From a virus, in the IMG/VR virus record IMGVR_UViG_3300025890_000012, positions 1-26,167 of that record: a stretch of DNA of 26,167 bases, one strand, 5' to 3'. Position numbers and translations under genes: made by a program. Under the pieces are notes generated by a model. That model worked only from the letters and a program-made list of their open reading frames with translations, was not told the origin of the DNA and did no database searches. This document shows, piece after piece, positions 23,302 through 26,167 of the stretch (position 1 is its first letter; each line of letters starts with the position of its first letter).

Positions 23302-24276
23302 ATGATCCCACCAATACCAACCAACAAAAAAATCCCAATCTTCAGACCTGAAGAGAGATCCTTGGAGTTGGACCTTGTCAGAAGGAACAACGTCAAAGGA
23401 GGGGTGTCCACTGGCTTTGAACGCTTAGATCCATTCTTCACGGTCAAACGTGGCTTCCCCTTATTTATAGCAGGAGCACCCCATCATGGCAAGAGTCAAT
23501 TTGTCAAGCAACTTCTGGTGAACCTTTCGAAGATTCATGGATATAGACATGCCATCTATCTGGGGGAAGAAGGTTCCATTGAAGACATTGTCATTGAGTT
23601 GGCTGAGATCTACACTGGGAAGAAGATCCTCCTGCATGATGACAGAGGCAACAAGATTGAGGATGCCCTTCCAGAAGAGGAGTTCCAAGAGGTCCAGAGA
23701 TGGATCAACAAACACTTCTGGATCATCTCCCCAGATGATGCAGACATTGGTTCCTTTGACGTTCGGATCTTCTATCAGTGGGTGGATGCATATGAGAAGG
23801 AATATGAGATGAAGTTTGACACAACTGTCATTGATCCTTGGAATGACCTCTCCATGAATCTGAACAGTCAAGGAGGCAGGGAGGATCTATTCCTTGCAGA
23901 TGCCCTCAAACACGTGAGGGATCAGTCAAGGCAGAGACATAGGACAGACATCATCATCACCCACATATCTGCCCCATATGCCAAACACAGATCCCAGAAG
24001 GGTGTCAGGTTTGCATCCCCTGCAGAACCCTATGAGATTGCAGGAGGACAAACTTGGTACAGACGTGCCTTCACAATGATCTTGGTATATAGACCGCCAT
24101 CTCCAGATCAACTGAAATTTGGCAAGGTATTGATTGACACGAATGCAGGAGAGACATGGCTTGTCATCCAGAAGTCCAAACCAAAGGGAGTTGGGAAGTT
24201 GGGGAGAGTGACTCTGTACTACAACAAGAAGACCAACAACTACCAAGAGGAGACACTGGATGAAGACGAACAATAG
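23302..24276 (+). CDS. DnaB-like replicative helicase ATPase domain protein (RecA-fold, no N-terminal DnaB domain)
   Basis: STGFERLDPFF...GFPLFIAGAPHHGKSQF (Walker A) and TTVIDPWND (Walker B). The overall pattern is like a DnaB C-terminal or T7 gp4 helicase domain. Confidence 0.75.
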   Translation: MIPPIPTNKKIPIFRPEERSLELDLVRRNNVKGGVSTGFERLDPFFTVKRGFPLFIAGAPHHGKSQFVKQLLVNLSKIHGYRHAIYLGEEGSIEDIVIELAEIYTGKKILLHDDRGNKIEDALPEEEFQEVQRWINKHFWIISPDDADIGSFDVRIFYQWVDAYEKEYEMKFDTTVIDPWNDLSMNLNSQGGREDLFLADALKHVRDQSRQRHRTDIIITHISAPYAKHRSQKGVRFASPAEPYEIAGGQTWYRRAFTMILVYRPPSPDQLKFGKVLIDTNAGETWLVIQKSKPKGVGKLGRVTLYYNKKTNNYQEETLDEDEQ

Positions 24277-24646
24277 AAGTCTGAAGGTGGGAGACTTCCA
24301 TCCAACACATCAATGGAATCCACTTGACCTCATATACATCAGGTCTCAGTGCCATGTGGGAATGATCAGACTGGAGAATGCAGTCAGTGCACTGGAGGAC
24401 TCAGGGCAGGAGATAAACAATTCACAACGTAAACACACGGAGGAGTTGATTGAGACATTGCACCATGCCATGATTGCACTTCAGGATCTGGAAGGTGAGA
24501 GGAACATCTGCAACCACAACTCCATTCTGGAGAGAGTTGCACACACAAAGACAATGATCCAAAGGGATGAGTGTCAGAAGGAAATTGAAAAACTAAAAAC
24601 AGAAGGAGAATCACTCAGATCCTCCATTGCAAAATTTATGAGATAA
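24260..24646 (+). CDS. Hypothetical protein (up to 128 aa, coiled-coil C-terminus)
   Basis: ORF overlapping the helicase stop. The start is uncertain (alternative ATG at 24362). Confidence 0.45.
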   Translation: MKTNNRSLKVGDFHPTHQWNPLDLIYIRSQCHVGMIRLENAVSALEDSGQEINNSQRKHTEELIETLHHAMIALQDLEGERNICNHNSILERVAHTKTMIQRDECQKEIEKLKTEGESLRSSIAKFMR

Positions 24647-24647
24647 C

Positions 24648-25040
24648 ATGAAATTAAACGAGACAGAGAGAGAACAACTCAGAAAACTGTTCAACACAAA
24701 CGGACTCTCAAAGGATGACATCTTTGTTCACAAGAACTTCACGATCATCAAGAGGGCAGGGATTGAAAAGATCCAATTCAAGAACCAGATCAAGGTTGAG
24801 TTTGACATCATCAAATGCGAACCTGAATTTGTAGTGATGAAGGCACTTGCCTTCAGGACAGATCATGATGGGGATGACTATTCAATTGAGACATTTGGAT
24901 CTGCCACACCCCAGAACTGCATGTCCAAGCACCTTGTGGAGATGGCTGAAAAACGTGCCCTCTCAAGGGCCATCCTGAAGGTGACAAACATGTATGAACA
25001 TGGAGTCTTTGGAGAAGACGAGGATGTCCACAGATCCTGA
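24648..25040 (+). CDS. Hypothetical protein (130 aa). Weak resemblance to Rad52/Sak-type single-strand annealing proteins
   Basis: ETFGSA...HLVEMAEKRALSRAILKV is reminiscent of the Rad52 GYG...DGLKRALRSFG helix. Judged by eye only. Confidence 0.5.
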   Translation: MKLNETEREQLRKLFNTNGLSKDDIFVHKNFTIIKRAGIEKIQFKNQIKVEFDIIKCEPEFVVMKALAFRTDHDGDDYSIETFGSATPQNCMSKHLVEMAEKRALSRAILKVTNMYEHGVFGEDEDVHRS

Positions 25041-25311
25041 TTGGATTGATGACATCTTTGAGGAGTTGGAGGATCGGGTGCCTGAGGGCATCCGTTTCCG
25101 TTTGGATGAACTTCTGGATCAGATCTACATTGAAGATGAGAGAGACTTCCTGCATCTTCTACAAAGGATCTACTCTCCTGATCTAACCTCTCAGGGAGTC
25201 ACAGATCTGTTCAGGGAACTCAATGACAGAAGAGTCCCAGTGAGGGATCAATATGCCCCAAGACAGAAGGATCTTGCAGAGTGGATCAGGTCCTTCTGCT
25301 TCACAGATTGA
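25024..25311 (+). CDS. Hypothetical acidic protein (95 aa)
   Basis: The ATG at 25024 is preceded by gaggATG. The 3' end overlaps the convergent int stop by 11 nt. Confidence 0.5.
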   Translation: MSTDPDWIDDIFEELEDRVPEGIRFRLDELLDQIYIEDERDFLHLLQRIYSPDLTSQGVTDLFRELNDRRVPVRDQYAPRQKDLAEWIRSFCFTD

Positions 25312-26167
25312 GAGACTTCAACAACTGCATCCCTGCCACTTTGCTCATCTCAGATTGTGAGATGTCCAGATACTTCAGGAAGGCACCTTCTGAATTGTGT
25401 CCAGTGAGTGACATGAGTTGACCGTTTGACAACTTCCCTCTCTTGTAGAGATTGGTTGCAAATGTTCTCCTTGCAGTGTGGTTTGAGACAAGTTCATGCA
25501 ATGGGACTCTTGAGATCTTCCCTGCATCAGACATCTTCCCTGACATCTGATCAATCATTCTGTCCAATCCGACAATCTCACATGCCTCCTTGATCTTCTT
25601 GTTCATCTGTTGTTCTGCACTCACTTCAGGAAGGTCTCCCTGCCACTTGGTGATCACCTTGCAGAGTTCAGGCATGACTGGAATGGTCACCTCATCTTTG
25701 GTCTTGTCCTGCACAAAAGTCAAGAACCTTGGACACTTCCCTCCACTCTGCTTCCATGCATCCTTGATGACCTCTGGCATCCTCTTCAGATCTGAGATCC
25801 TGACACCAGTCCAACATGCCACAAGGAAGTGATCCCTGCACTGGTTCAGGGCAGTCTTCTCAATGTCAAATCTGTTCTTCCCAGAGAAGTCATGATCTGC
25901 AAGGATCTGCAACTCCTCCTCTGTGAGAGTTGGCTTCCTGACCTTGATCTCCTTTGGGAGGAAGGCCTTTGTTTGCCACTGCTTATTGGAGTGCACTTCT
26001 CTGAGATATGACTCCTTCATCCACGTCTTGAGGACTGCCTGATCTTTGGCAATGGTGTTGACACCAAGTCCTTGATCCCCTCTGTACTTCTTGTACTGCT
26101 CCAAGAACCTTGAGTCAATCTCTTCAAACCTGATCTCCCTGCCCCACACCTTCTTGGAGAAGGCATC
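25301..26167 (-). CDS. int: Tyrosine integrase, C-terminal catalytic part
   Basis: Tyrosine-recombinase motifs are present: TGVRISDL (Arg), HTARRTF (H-x-x-R), LTGH (His), FLKYL (Tyr). The GTG start in the track is an artefact, because the ORF is open upstream to the window end. Confidence 0.9.
   Translation of the reverse strand, partial: DAFSKKVWGREIRFEEIDSRFLEQYKKYRGDQGLGVNTIAKDQAVLKTWMKESYLREVHSNKQWQTKAFLPKEIKVRKPTLTEEELQILADHDFSGKNRFDIEKTALNQCRDHFLVACWTGVRISDLKRMPEVIKDAWKQSGGKCPRFLTFVQDKTKDEVTIPVMPELCKVITKWQGDLPEVSAEQQMNKKIKEACEIVGLDRMIDQMSGKMSDAGKISRVPLHELVSNHTARRTFATNLYKRGKLSNGQLMSLTGHNSEGAFLKYLDISQSEMSKVAGMQLLKSLNL
26109..26167. repeat. Terminal direct repeat, copy 2 (circular assembly overlap)
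   Basis: Identical to nt 1-59, base by base. Confidence 0.95.

Larger units (their letters stand above)
1..26167. mobile_element. Complete temperate tailed-phage (siphovirus-like, HK97-type head) genome, unit length 26,108 bp, presented circularly permuted
   Basis: Exact 59-bp end overlap. Contains integrase plus attP, a full packaging/head/tail/lysis set and a replication module, with almost no unassigned space. Confidence 0.85.

Noticed and set aside
1-26167. CRISPR arrays, diversity-generating retroelement, transposase/IS, alternative genetic code
   Set aside because: No spaced repeat arrays and no reverse transcriptase or transposase motifs were seen. All large structural genes are intact under the standard code, so stop-codon reassignment is not indicated.

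Overview
The window is a complete, circularly closed temperate siphovirus-type phage or excised prophage genome of 26,108 bp. Nt 1-59 are identical to nt 26109-26167. A tyrosine integrase ORF cut by the window ends is restored in frame when the ends are joined. Going round the circle, the genome has six parts. (1) int and an elaborate attP at about 504-870. attP holds five TGTGGGCCA arm-type repeats, a tRNA 3'-end-like core and a terminator. (2) A plus-strand four-gene cassette at 849-2714: a holin-like membrane protein, a metallophosphoesterase, a small TM protein and a Zn-ribbon protein. (3) A long minus-strand late block at 2773-19733. In transcription order it encodes HNH, TerS, TerL, portal, HK97-type protease and capsid, the head-tail joining set, major tail protein, G/GT chaperones with a canonical -1 frameshift, tape measure, one 1173-aa tail-tip/fibre protein, holin, amidase endolysin and a VRR-NUC nuclease. 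(4) A 250-bp structured non-coding region at 19743-19995. (5) An orphan 502-aa gene facing a divergent control region at 21505-21716. (6) A plus-strand early/replication operon at 21717-25311: an Xis/MerR-type HTH, a DnaA-domain-IV-like protein, a protein with an SSB-like tail, and a DnaB-like helicase. The most noteworthy non-genic signals are these. An 18-bp directional palindromic box, AACTTGACA(G/C)TGTCAACC, sits 32-36 nt upstream of four late start codons. An ATTTGCWCCC promoter-like box precedes the other three transcription units. DnaA-box-like repeats lie in the switch region. The sequence is strongly depleted in CpG and TpA, uses only AGR for arginine in the one stretch translated codon by codon, and has abundant GATC. 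No rRNA gene, complete tRNA gene, CRISPR array or transposon was seen. All functional calls come from reading motifs by eye, not from searches.
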